Source: Halogeometricum borinquense DSM 11551 (GTDB lineage: Archaea; Halobacteriota; Halobacteria; Halobacteriales; Haloferacaceae). Taken from it: a stretch of DNA of 32,000 nt. How positions within the stretch are numbered: position 1 is the stretch's first letter; each line of letters opens with the position of its first letter. Made by a program: the position numbers and the translations under genes. The notes beneath the pieces are model-generated. The model searched no databases and was not told the origin of the DNA. It saw only the letters and a list, made by a program, of their open reading frames with translations. Positions 23,195-31,297 of the stretch are shown here, one piece after another. The stretch is from the NCBI RefSeq assembly GCF_000172995.2, contig NC_014732.1, positions 1-32,000 on the forward strand. The letters are read 5' to 3'.

Positions 23195-24589
23195 ATGCCA
23201 CGCGATATCGTCTGGATAACACTCGAAAGCGTTCGGCAGGACCACACGTCGCTGGATGGATACCGCCGCGACACAACACCGTTTTTGCAGTCGTTGGCCG
23301 ACCGGTCGGATGGTGCGACGTTCAAACACTGCTTCTCGCACGACGTGTGGACTCGCGCGTCGAGTGCGTCGATCCTCACCGGGCTTGCATCATCGTCACA
23401 CCGGACGTGGACGCAGGAAAATCGGCTGTCGAGTGACGTCCCGACGATTCCCGAGGCGCTTCAACGAACCGACTACCGAACAGCCTGTGTCTCGCCGAAT
23501 CCGCAGTTAAGCGAGGTAACGGGTCTCGCCCGCGGATTCGACCACTTCCATTACCTAGGTAAGGACACCCTTCTCGACGAGGCGGGCGTTTTGACTGTCC
23601 TCGGCTACCTGACGAAACTCAACCAGCACTCCGCAGGCTACACGACGGACACCGCAAAGCACTCCGTCGGGTACGTTAGCGACGCCATCGCGCGGCGGCA
23701 CATCCGCGAGGCGGCGCAAGCAGACGAGGACCTGTTTCTCTACGTCCATCTCGGCGACAGCCACCACCCGTACTATCCGCCGAAGCCGTACCAAGACCTG
23801 TTTGCGGATGGATTCGAGATGTCCGTCGGCGAATCGCTCGACCTCGTGCTGGAGATGTCCTCGAATCTGCACGGCTATATCGCTCGCGGCGTTCCGTTCA
23901 CCAATGATGAGTGGAACGCCCTGCAGGCGATGTATGACGCGACCATCCGCTACGTGGACGACACGGTTCGGAGCATCGTCGAGTGCGCTGAAAACCGATT
24001 GAATGACCCCATCGTAGTCGTCACGTCCGACCACGGCGAACTGTTCGGCGAACAGGAGATGCTCGCACACATGGTCGTCGCCGACGACGCCGTCTCGCAC
24101 GTCCCCCTCGTCGTCTGTGGAATCGAGGCTGTCGAGAGCCACAACGGCGTCGTCCAACACGCCGACGCGATGAAGACGGTCCTCAACGAAGTCGGCGTCG
24201 AGTTCGAGGTACCCATCGGCTACGACCTCCGCGAACAGGACCGCGAGTTCGCCGTCACGCAACGCAGCGGCGTCCGGTGTGCGAGCAAACTCGACATGAT
24301 TGGAGAGCGAGACGACGCCTTCGACGCCTCGTCTTATCATGTGGGTGACCTAACGAGTCTTCGAACGCTCGACCACCGTTACCAGCAAAGTGAGTCCGGC
24401 GAGGACCTGTTCGCCGTTCCCGATGGGGTGAGCGACGTGAGCGAGGAGCGATCCGACGTGTGCGCCGAGTTAGCCCAGAAATGCGAATCGTGGCTCGACA
24501 GCTACGGCCTGCCGGAGTCCGAACGGGAAGAACAAGCCGAGTTCGACGATTCGATGACCTCGCACCTCGAAGACCTCGGGTATCTCTGA
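23195..24589 (+). CDS. Sulfatase-family (alkaline phosphatase superfamily) hydrolase/transferase lacking the formylglycine motif; cytoplasmic; LGYL C-terminal tail
   Basis: 'IVWITLESVRQDH', 'VWTRASSASILTGL' (Thr at the Cys position), 'LFLYVHLGDSHHPY' and 'VVTSDHGELFGE'. No signal peptide. Ends '...DDSMTSHLEDLGYL'. Confidence 0.85.
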   Translation: MPRDIVWITLESVRQDHTSLDGYRRDTTPFLQSLADRSDGATFKHCFSHDVWTRASSASILTGLASSSHRTWTQENRLSSDVPTIPEALQRTDYRTACVSPNPQLSEVTGLARGFDHFHYLGKDTLLDEAGVLTVLGYLTKLNQHSAGYTTDTAKHSVGYVSDAIARRHIREAAQADEDLFLYVHLGDSHHPYYPPKPYQDLFADGFEMSVGESLDLVLEMSSNLHGYIARGVPFTNDEWNALQAMYDATIRYVDDTVRSIVECAENRLNDPIVVVTSDHGELFGEQEMLAHMVVADDAVSHVPLVVCGIEAVESHNGVVQHADAMKTVLNEVGVEFEVPIGYDLREQDREFAVTQRSGVRCASKLDMIGERDDAFDASSYHVGDLTSLRTLDHRYQQSESGEDLFAVPDGVSDVSEERSDVCAELAQKCESWLDSYGLPESEREEQAEFDDSMTSHLEDLGYL

Positions 24590-24660
24590 ACCGGCCAGCA
24601 CGAAACCTGACGGAACGACGAAACGAAACCTGTTTTCCGATCGCCTTCGTCGGATCGGTG

Positions 24661-25302
24661 ATGACCACAACCGTCTATTTCGACCTCGACGGAACGCTCC
24701 TCGACTACGAGACCCCATTCGATACGTGGTTCGAACGAACTGTCCCAGTGGAGGCAACGGCGGCAATAACCGAGACGTTCGGGTCGAATCTGACCGCTTC
24801 CCTCGATTCGTTCGAGCCAGACCCGTACGAACGGGCGTTTGAGGTGGTCTGCAACGAGTACGGGATCGACGCCGACCCGGAGGCGCTGGCGACAACGTTT
24901 GTCGATACCGAGGTGGCGGCGACGCGCGTCGCGCCGTCAGTCCGGCGGCTCGTTGCTTCCGTTGCCGAACGACACCAGTCAGGAATCCTCACGAACGGTA
25001 ACGAGACGGTCCAGCGGAGGAAAGTCGAGACGCACGGGTTGGACGAGTTGGTAGACGAAATCGTCGTGTCGGAAGAGGTGGGTGCACGAAAGCCCGACGC
25101 GGGGATATTCGAGACAGCGAAGGAGCGACTTCCCGCGGACGCGTTCGTCTTCGTCGGCGACTCCTACGAGACAGACATCGTCCCCGCCCAAGAGCACGGC
25201 TTTGAGACAGTGTACGTCGGGGACGATCACCGGCCGGATGCCACCGTCGCGGCCGCTAACACCGAGGCGTTGGCGTCGCTCCTTCGTCCACTGGTCGGGT
25301 GA
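24661..25302 (+). CDS. HAD-superfamily hydrolase (subfamily IA-like)
   Basis: Motif I 'YFDLDGTLLDY', motif II 'GILTNG', motif III/IV 'ARKPD...FVGDSYETDI'. Start is the ATG at 24661; the upstream part of the track ORF is basic junk. Confidence 0.9.
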   Translation: MTTTVYFDLDGTLLDYETPFDTWFERTVPVEATAAITETFGSNLTASLDSFEPDPYERAFEVVCNEYGIDADPEALATTFVDTEVAATRVAPSVRRLVASVAERHQSGILTNGNETVQRRKVETHGLDELVDEIVVSEEVGARKPDAGIFETAKERLPADAFVFVGDSYETDIVPAQEHGFETVYVGDDHRPDATVAAANTEALASLLRPLVG

Positions 25303-25318
25303 AAACGGGGAATCGTCG

Positions 25319-26362
25319 TTACTCGTCGCCGTCGTCGCCGCCGTCGTACGCGGGGACGTCCGTCTCGAAGCCTTTCTCCAGATGCTCGTTGGCGCGTCTA
25401 TCGAGAATGGTACCCGCAAGAAACACGAGGACGCTGACAACGAGACCGAAGAGTGACTTGCTCGTCGCAGCGTCGTTGCGGCGGCGGAGTACGCGGGAGA
25501 CGCTGCGAATCGCATGGAGTCCTCCAACGAACATTCCAACCATCCCGAGGACGTAGGCAGCGACAGCGGGTTGGTACGAGCGGTCGCTGGCGCGGTGTCC
25601 GAGCCGTCGGAGAAAGTTCTGGAACAGCAGTCCGGAGAGACTGGGAACGAACGTGCGATAGACGATACCGCTCTCTTCGTCGCCGTAAACTGCTTGGTGC
25701 GGTACGTTCACAACGCGGGCATCGTGTAGATTCAACGTCGTGAGCATGTCGTTGAGGAATCCGTACTGGTCGTATACCTCCACCAGAGGGATACGTTCGA
25801 GCACCTCGACGGAGATTGCAGTGTAGCCGTTCTGTGAATCGATGGTCTTCCAGTAGCCGCTAGAGAGGTTCGTGAGTCGCGTAAGCAGTTTGTTTCCGAA
25901 CAGTCGCCACGAACTCATCTCACCGACGTTCTCGCGGCGGCTGATTCGGTCACCCTTCGCGTAGTCGGCGCGGCCCTCCACGATTGGGTCCAGAAAGTGC
26001 GGGAGAACCGCGGGGTCCATCTGTGCATCGCCGTTCATCACGGCGACAACGTCCATCTCGTCGGCCATCGCACGATAGTAGCCGGTTTTGATGCCCGCGC
26101 CGACACCGCTATTCGTCTCGTGTCGGATGGGGACGACGTGCGGGCCCTCGTGATGACCCCCGTCGGGGGCGACCGGTTCGGCCCGGTCGTCATTCAGTCG
26201 CCGCGCTGTCTCCCGTATCTCTTGCCACGTGTCGTCCGTCGAACCGTCGTCAACGGCGTAGACACGGTCAACGTACGACGGAACGCTCTCAATCGTTCGC
26301 CCGACGAACCGCTCTTCGTTGTAGGCTGGTACGACGACTGCGACTCGGTTGCCTTTATACAT
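25319..26362 (-). CDS. GT2 glycosyltransferase, dolichyl-phosphate hexose synthase-like (AglD/AglJ/DPM1-like) with C-terminal TM helices
   Basis: 'VAVVVPAYNEERFVGRTIESVP..VYAVDDGSTDDT', 'MNGDAQMDP' and 'GDRISRRE'. Two C-terminal hydrophobic helices (AAYVLGMVGMFVGGLHAI, LFGLVVSVLVFLAGTIL). Confidence 0.85.
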   Translation of the reverse strand: MYKGNRVAVVVPAYNEERFVGRTIESVPSYVDRVYAVDDGSTDDTWQEIRETARRLNDDRAEPVAPDGGHHEGPHVVPIRHETNSGVGAGIKTGYYRAMADEMDVVAVMNGDAQMDPAVLPHFLDPIVEGRADYAKGDRISRRENVGEMSSWRLFGNKLLTRLTNLSSGYWKTIDSQNGYTAISVEVLERIPLVEVYDQYGFLNDMLTTLNLHDARVVNVPHQAVYGDEESGIVYRTFVPSLSGLLFQNFLRRLGHRASDRSYQPAVAAYVLGMVGMFVGGLHAIRSVSRVLRRRNDAATSKSLFGLVVSVLVFLAGTILDRRANEHLEKGFETDVPAYDGGDDGDE

Positions 26363-26714
26363 GGTTCTCCGGTGGCCGTCCCCGTCCGGCGCACCGAACG
26401 CCTCACTTGCGAGTGAAACAGTGAGGAACGTCGGTGCCGCTGATTCGGCCTTCGTCTACGTGTTCGCCGTGGGAGACTTTGTTATGCCCTCGTTGTCACC
26501 GGGATGCGTGCGTTACACACCAGAAAACCCGCCAAATCGGGATTCACGTCGCCGTTGAGGGCTGGCAACCCATGATACTGTCTCTGCGTGCTTCGAGCGA
26601 CAGTCTCCACGTACTTCGACAGTCACGGAGAATCCGGAGAACGCGATCAGTTATGCAGTCTGTAACGAGAAATGAATCGGTGCTACTTTCTTTACGGGCG
26701 ACGGTTCGTCACCA

Positions 26715-27590
26715 ATGTCCGTGAGAGACTCGTTGGACGAACCCCGAATCATCGACACCCACGCACACCAACCGACGGCGGAGTTCCTCGAAGATGCAGG
26801 CGGTGAGATGATGCAGGACGCCGCACGGAAGTTCGGCACCGAAACGGAAACGTGGGACTACGAAGCGATGCGCGAGGAGTACCACGAACAGGGAATCTCG
26901 AAGGCGATTCTCCTCGGCTGGGATGCCGAGACGAACACCGGCAACCCACCGGTACCGAACGACTACGTCGCGGAGATATGCGATGACTATCCCGACTTTT
27001 TCGTCGGCTTCGGCAGTGTAGACCCACTCAAGGACGACTGCGTGGAGGAGGCGATTCGGTGCGTCGAGGACTTGGACCTCTCGGGATTCAAGTTCCAGCA
27101 GATCGCGCAGGGATTCGACCCGAGCGACGAAGCGCACGCGGAACTGTTCGACACCATCGAGGACTTGGGCGTCCCCGTCGTCTTCCACGGCGGCAACTCC
27201 ACCCTCGGCGCGGGATCACCGGGTGGCCGCGGTCTGCGAATCAAGTACGGGAATCCGATGCTGATAGACGACGTGGCCGCAGAGCATCCACAGATGCCCA
27301 TACTCATCGCACACCCGGCGTTCCCGTGGGAGCGCGAGCAACTCGCAATCTGCCAGCAGAAGGGGAACGTCTACATGGACCTCTCGGGGTGGTTGCCGAA
27401 GTATATCGACGAACAGGTCGTCCACTACGCGAAGACCGTCCTGCAAGACAAGGTGATGTTCGGCACCGACTATCCGATGATTCGTCCCGAACAGTGGTTC
27501 GAGTCGTTCGATGAGGTGTTCGACGCGAGCGAGGAGATTCAACGGAAAATTCTGTGGGAGAACGCCGAGGAGTTCCTCGGACTGAACTGA
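26715..27590 (+). CDS. Amidohydrolase-2 family metal-dependent hydrolase/decarboxylase
   Basis: 'IIDTHAHQP' (HxH metal site), 'VVFHGG', 'ILIAHPAFPW' and 'MFGTDYPM' fit the TIM-barrel amidohydrolase (PF04909-like) pattern. Confidence 0.82.
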   Translation: MSVRDSLDEPRIIDTHAHQPTAEFLEDAGGEMMQDAARKFGTETETWDYEAMREEYHEQGISKAILLGWDAETNTGNPPVPNDYVAEICDDYPDFFVGFGSVDPLKDDCVEEAIRCVEDLDLSGFKFQQIAQGFDPSDEAHAELFDTIEDLGVPVVFHGGNSTLGAGSPGGRGLRIKYGNPMLIDDVAAEHPQMPILIAHPAFPWEREQLAICQQKGNVYMDLSGWLPKYIDEQVVHYAKTVLQDKVMFGTDYPMIRPEQWFESFDEVFDASEEIQRKILWENAEEFLGLN

Positions 27591-27605
27591 CCGAACGCGT
27601 ACTGA

Positions 27606-28370
27606 CTAGTCAAATTCGGGCGACCGGCCATCCAAGAACGCCGAGACACCTTCTTTGTGGGCGTCAGTGTCGTAGGCCATCGTCTGGGCCTGCGCCTCGC
27701 GTTCGAGTCCGTCGTGCCACGACCGACCGAGGTTCGCGTGGATCGCCTCCTTGGCGAGGGCGATACTCTCCGTCGGTTGCGACACCAGTTTCGCCACCAT
27801 CTCTGCGACTGTCGCGTCGAGTTCATCCGCGGGTACCACGTCGTTCACCAAGTCCAGTTCGTTCGCCCGTTCCGCAGAGATGAGGTCCCCCGTGAACGCC
27901 AGTTCTTTCGCGGCGCGGAGACCAACGAGGTGGGGGAGCGTCACCGTCCCGCCCGCATCGGGTACGAGTCCGACATTGACGAATGAGGCGGCAAATCGGG
28001 CGTCTTCTGCGGCGTAGGCGAAATCGCAGGCGGCGACGACCGACAGTCCCGCCCCCGCGGCGTCGCCGTTGACGCGGGCGATGACGGGTACCGGAGCCGT
28101 GAGAACGGATTCGGCGACGCGGCCCAGTGTGTCGCGGACACGCTGGTATGCTTCTCGTGCGGTCTCGTCGCGTTCGGCCATCGCTTGAATATCGCCGCCC
28201 GCGCTGAACGCGTCGCCCTCGCCCGTCAGGACGGCAGCGTCGTGCGTCTCAGCTGTGAGTTCGTCCAGTGCGTCGGCAAGTTCTCGCGCCACCTCCGCAG
28301 TAAACGCGTTCTTCACCTGCGGTCGGTCGAACGTGATTCGGCGGACTCCGTCGTCGTCTTCGACGCGCAT
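27606..28370 (-). CDS. Enoyl-CoA hydratase/isomerase (crotonase family), possibly the PaaF/PaaG-type step
   Basis: 'ITFDRPQVKNAF', 'LTGEGDAFSAGGDI' and 'NGDAAGAGLSVVAACDFAYA' are the crotonase oxyanion-hole motifs. Start is the ATG at 28370. Adjacent to the paa operon. Confidence 0.88.
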   Translation of the reverse strand: MRVEDDDGVRRITFDRPQVKNAFTAEVARELADALDELTAETHDAAVLTGEGDAFSAGGDIQAMAERDETAREAYQRVRDTLGRVAESVLTAPVPVIARVNGDAAGAGLSVVAACDFAYAAEDARFAASFVNVGLVPDAGGTVTLPHLVGLRAAKELAFTGDLISAERANELDLVNDVVPADELDATVAEMVAKLVSQPTESIALAKEAIHANLGRSWHDGLEREAQAQTMAYDTDAHKEGVSAFLDGRSPEFD

Positions 28371-28437
28371 GACGGCGGGTACGGCGAGGCGGTACAAAAC
28401 CTTGCCCGGAAACAGTCGAACGACAACCTGACCGGAC

Positions 28438-29076
28438 TCAACCAAACATCGTCCCGAACAGCGACCCCTGCGCCCGACGAAGGCGTTCGAGGAACGCAGT
28501 CTTGCTGATTCCGAGTTCGTCGGCCACCTCCACTGCGGTGACCGTCCGCGGCAGTTCGAAGTAGCCCATCTCGACGGCGACGCGGATACTCTCCTCCTGC
28601 GCCGGAGTGAGTTCGTATCCGCTCGCCACCGCTTCGTCGTCGTCAGTTCGGAGCGGATAGACCCGCTGAAGACTCACGCCGACGGTTCGACCGGCCGCCT
28701 CCATGACGCCGCGGAGAACGTCGTAGCCGACGACCGCGCCGCGCATCGTCGCGCCGCCGTTCTCGTAGCGCATCGACTCAACCAGAAAGCCAGCATTCAC
28801 GAGTTCGTGGACAACGCATGGATGCTTCGAGAGACAGCGGTAGTTAGACCGCCCATCGGTGTGCGAGACGTGAAGGTACCGGACCCGGTCGTCGGCGTCA
28901 AGCGTCTCGGAGAGTTCGTCACTCGGTTGCGCGGAGAACTGAATGAGAACGTTCCCGTCGGCGCGGAGCTGCGGCGGCCGAGCGTCGATGGCGGCGTCCG
29001 CGTTCGCCGTCGCCGTGGCGAGCGGGCAATCGTCGCCCTCAATTCTGAACTCTGCGACTAGACACTCCTCGATCAT
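28438..29076 (-). CDS. HTH_10 (bacterio-opsin activator-like) transcriptional regulator, divergent from paaA
   Basis: C-terminal 'LTPAQEESIRVAVEMGYFELPRTVTAVEVADELGISKTAFLERLRRAQGSLF' matches the haloarchaeal Bat-type HTH_10 domain. Start is the ATG at 29076 (MIEECLV...). Confidence 0.8.
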   Translation of the reverse strand: MIEECLVAEFRIEGDDCPLATATANADAAIDARPPQLRADGNVLIQFSAQPSDELSETLDADDRVRYLHVSHTDGRSNYRCLSKHPCVVHELVNAGFLVESMRYENGGATMRGAVVGYDVLRGVMEAAGRTVGVSLQRVYPLRTDDDEAVASGYELTPAQEESIRVAVEMGYFELPRTVTAVEVADELGISKTAFLERLRRAQGSLFGTMFG

Positions 29077-29109
29077 TACTAGCGTCAAGCACGCGCGTTA
29101 TAATAAAGG

Positions 29110-29130
29110 CAGTCTATAGACTGGTTAACC
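29110..29130. promoter_or_regulatory. Perfect 14-bp palindrome CAGTCTATAGACTG abutting the 8-bp palindrome GGTTAACC in the regulator/paaA divergent spacer; candidate operator overlapping a TATA-like core
   Basis: Read directly: 29110-29123 and 29123-29130 are self-complementary. The whole spacer is only 76 bp (29077-29152) and also contains 'ttataataaa' (29098-29107). Confidence 0.45.
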
Positions 29131-29152
29131 GGTAAGTGCTGTGCGATGAAAG

Positions 29153-30109
29153 ATGATGATAGAGATGGACCTCGAAACCGTCAAAGAGCGGGCAGGACCA
29201 CGGGAGTTCTCCCCGAAAGACGACATGCCGGAGGAGTACCGCAAGGCGGCGACGCGGATGATTCAGTTCCACGCGAACTCCGAGATAATGGGCGCGTACC
29301 TCGAACGCCCGTTCATCCGAAAGGCACCGAGTCTGGAGCGCAAACTCGCGTTCTCGGCGAAGGTACAGGACGAACTCGGCCACGGGCAACTTCTGTATCG
29401 GGCCGCCGAAAGCCTCGGCATCAAGACGCGCGAGGAGATGCTGGATGAACTCGCAGAAGGGAAAGGCAAGTTCCTGAACTGTTTCCACTACCCGATGGAG
29501 TCGTGGATCGAGACGCCGATGATCGGGTTCTTCGTTGACGGCGCGGCGATGCGCCGACAGGCGACGCTGAAATCCTCCAGTTGGGAACCGTACGCTCACG
29601 CCATGGACAAGGTGTGTTTCGAGGAAGGATTCCACGTCAAACACGGCGAGAGCATCCTCCGAGAACTCTCGCAGGGGACGAAAAAGCAACAAGAACAGTT
29701 GCAGGAGGCCTTCGAGATGTGGTGGCCGCGAATCATCCAGTTCTTCGGCCCGACGGACGACAAGTCCACGCACCACGACTTCGCGGCCGAAGTCGGCTTA
29801 AAGCAGAACACCAACGACGAACTCCGGAAGGCGTTCCTCAACATGTACCTGCCGAAGGTCGAAAAGTACGGTCTCGAACTGCCCGAGTATCCGCGCATCG
29901 AGTACGACGAGGACACGGGCGAGTACACGGTGAACGAGGACGACTTAGACTGGGACGAGTTCTTCCAGATTGCGAAGAACGAGTACGAACCCGGCGTGGG
30001 ACAGATCGATTCGCGCAAGCGTACCCAAGAGGCGGTCGCGTGGGTGCGCGAAACGATGGACGAGTACGAGGCAAACACCGGCGGCGTGACGCCCGCCACG
30101 GCGGACTAA
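29153..30109 (+). CDS. paaA: 1,2-phenylacetyl-CoA epoxidase, catalytic subunit A
   Basis: 'MPEEYRKAATRMIQFHANSEIMGA...RKAPSLERKLAFSAKVQDELGHGQLLYRAAESLG' is colinear with bacterial PaaA (di-iron ligand motif DE.GH). Alternative starts at 29156 and 29165. Confidence 0.93.
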   Translation: MMIEMDLETVKERAGPREFSPKDDMPEEYRKAATRMIQFHANSEIMGAYLERPFIRKAPSLERKLAFSAKVQDELGHGQLLYRAAESLGIKTREEMLDELAEGKGKFLNCFHYPMESWIETPMIGFFVDGAAMRRQATLKSSSWEPYAHAMDKVCFEEGFHVKHGESILRELSQGTKKQQEQLQEAFEMWWPRIIQFFGPTDDKSTHHDFAAEVGLKQNTNDELRKAFLNMYLPKVEKYGLELPEYPRIEYDEDTGEYTVNEDDLDWDEFFQIAKNEYEPGVGQIDSRKRTQEAVAWVRETMDEYEANTGGVTPATAD

Positions 30110-30113
30110 GACA

Positions 30114-30428
30114 ATGATCTGGGAAGTATTCCGACAGGAGAAAAAAGGCGACTATCACCAACACTGCGGGAACGTCCACGCGCCGGACCGCGAGATGGCA
30201 CTCCTGTTCGCGCAGGTGCAACACGCCCGACGCAAGCCGACGAACAGCCTGTGGGTCGTTCCGAAAGACGAGATTGGCGAAGTAGACGCCGAGCATGCGA
30301 AGTTCGGCGGGACGACTGACAAGTCCTACCGGTGGGCGATGACGTTCAACACCGGCTCCGTCGCCGAGGAAGTGGCCGACTCCGAACACGAACAGGCGGA
30401 AGCCGAGAAAGGACGAGGTGAGAGCTAA
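30114..30428 (+). CDS. paaB: 1,2-phenylacetyl-CoA epoxidase, subunit B
   Basis: 104 aa. 'WEVFRQEKKGDYHQHCGNVHAPDREMAL..A' matches PaaB. Sits 4 nt after paaA. Confidence 0.9.
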   Translation: MIWEVFRQEKKGDYHQHCGNVHAPDREMALLFAQVQHARRKPTNSLWVVPKDEIGEVDAEHAKFGGTTDKSYRWAMTFNTGSVAEEVADSEHEQAEAEKGRGES

Positions 30429-31297
30429 TGTCCGTCGAATCGCTCTCCGGGCCGGCGGACCTCACGGACAAAGAACAGGAGGCCATCGAACTCCTGCTTC
30501 GCCGCATGGCGGACGACGAGTTCGTCCTCGCGGAACGCTACACCGAGTGGCAGGTTCGCGCACCGACCATCGAGTCCGATATCTCCATCGCAAACATCGC
30601 ACAGGACGAACTCGGCCACGCGCGCCTGTGGTACGACCTGTTGGAGGACTTCGGCTACACCGAACCGGACCTGCTCTGGGAACGCGACCCGGAGACGTTC
30701 CGTCACTCGACCCTCGTTGAACTCCCGTTCGAGGAGGGAGACTGGGCGGACTGCATCGTCCGGTCGTACTTCTACGACGAAGCGGAGCATCTGCGCATGA
30801 CGGCCCTCGAGAAGTCGTCGTACCCGCGAATCCGTGACCGCGTAGAGAAAGTTCTCGGTGAGGAGGGCTATCACCGCGAACACTCGATGAACTGGCTTCG
30901 CCGCCTCGTCAGCAGCGACGAGGGCCGCCGTCGCGTCCAAGCGGCGACGGACCGCCTGTTCCCCTACGCGCTGACGTTCTTCGAACCCGCGGCCGACGCT
31001 CCCGAAGCGGAGGCGGCTATCGACGAACTCGGAGTTCGGACGCGAACGCTCGCAGACATGCGCGAAGAGTGGCTAGAGACAGTGACAGAGACGATGACCG
31101 AGATAGGAATCGACCTCCGCACACCCGAGATAGATGACGAGGGGAACGTCAGTGCTGACGCGCTTCCCGAACATCTCGGTCGCGACGGCGACCACACCGA
31201 TCACTGGCAGGTCCTGTTCGACGATTTCACCGAGGCGTACCGCGAGATGGGACTGCACGAGGCGACGCGACTCATGAAGGATCCCGACGATGAGTAG
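30428..31297 (+). CDS. paaC: 1,2-phenylacetyl-CoA epoxidase, subunit C
   Basis: 'LLRRMADDEFVLAERYTEWQVRAPTIESDISIANIAQDELGHARLWYDLL' matches PaaC. The start overlaps the paaB stop (TAATG). Confidence 0.9.
   Translation: MSVESLSGPADLTDKEQEAIELLLRRMADDEFVLAERYTEWQVRAPTIESDISIANIAQDELGHARLWYDLLEDFGYTEPDLLWERDPETFRHSTLVELPFEEGDWADCIVRSYFYDEAEHLRMTALEKSSYPRIRDRVEKVLGEEGYHREHSMNWLRRLVSSDEGRRRVQAATDRLFPYALTFFEPAADAPEAEAAIDELGVRTRTLADMREEWLETVTETMTEIGIDLRTPEIDDEGNVSADALPEHLGRDGDHTDHWQVLFDDFTEAYREMGLHEATRLMKDPDDE

Noticed and set aside
23555-24340. 261-aa minus-strand ORF inside sulfatase-like gene 2. Similar shadow ORFs lie at 12573-13226, 16667-17272, 29114-29776 and 30425-30940.
   Set aside because: All are antisense to genes with strong family motifs and are Arg/Val/Asp-rich GC-frame artefacts.
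26401-26426. Hairpin CCTCACT-n12-AGTGAGG upstream of the Dol-P-synthase-like GT2
   Set aside because: The stem is short (7 bp), with a competing inner pairing, and I cannot assess conservation. It is noted only as a possible 5' leader element.
26434-26724. 96-aa ORF in the 352-bp spacer between the glycan island and the amidohydrolase gene
   Set aside because: It is strongly basic and Cys/Arg-rich, unlike acidic haloarchaeal proteins. It has no motifs and overlaps the amidohydrolase start.
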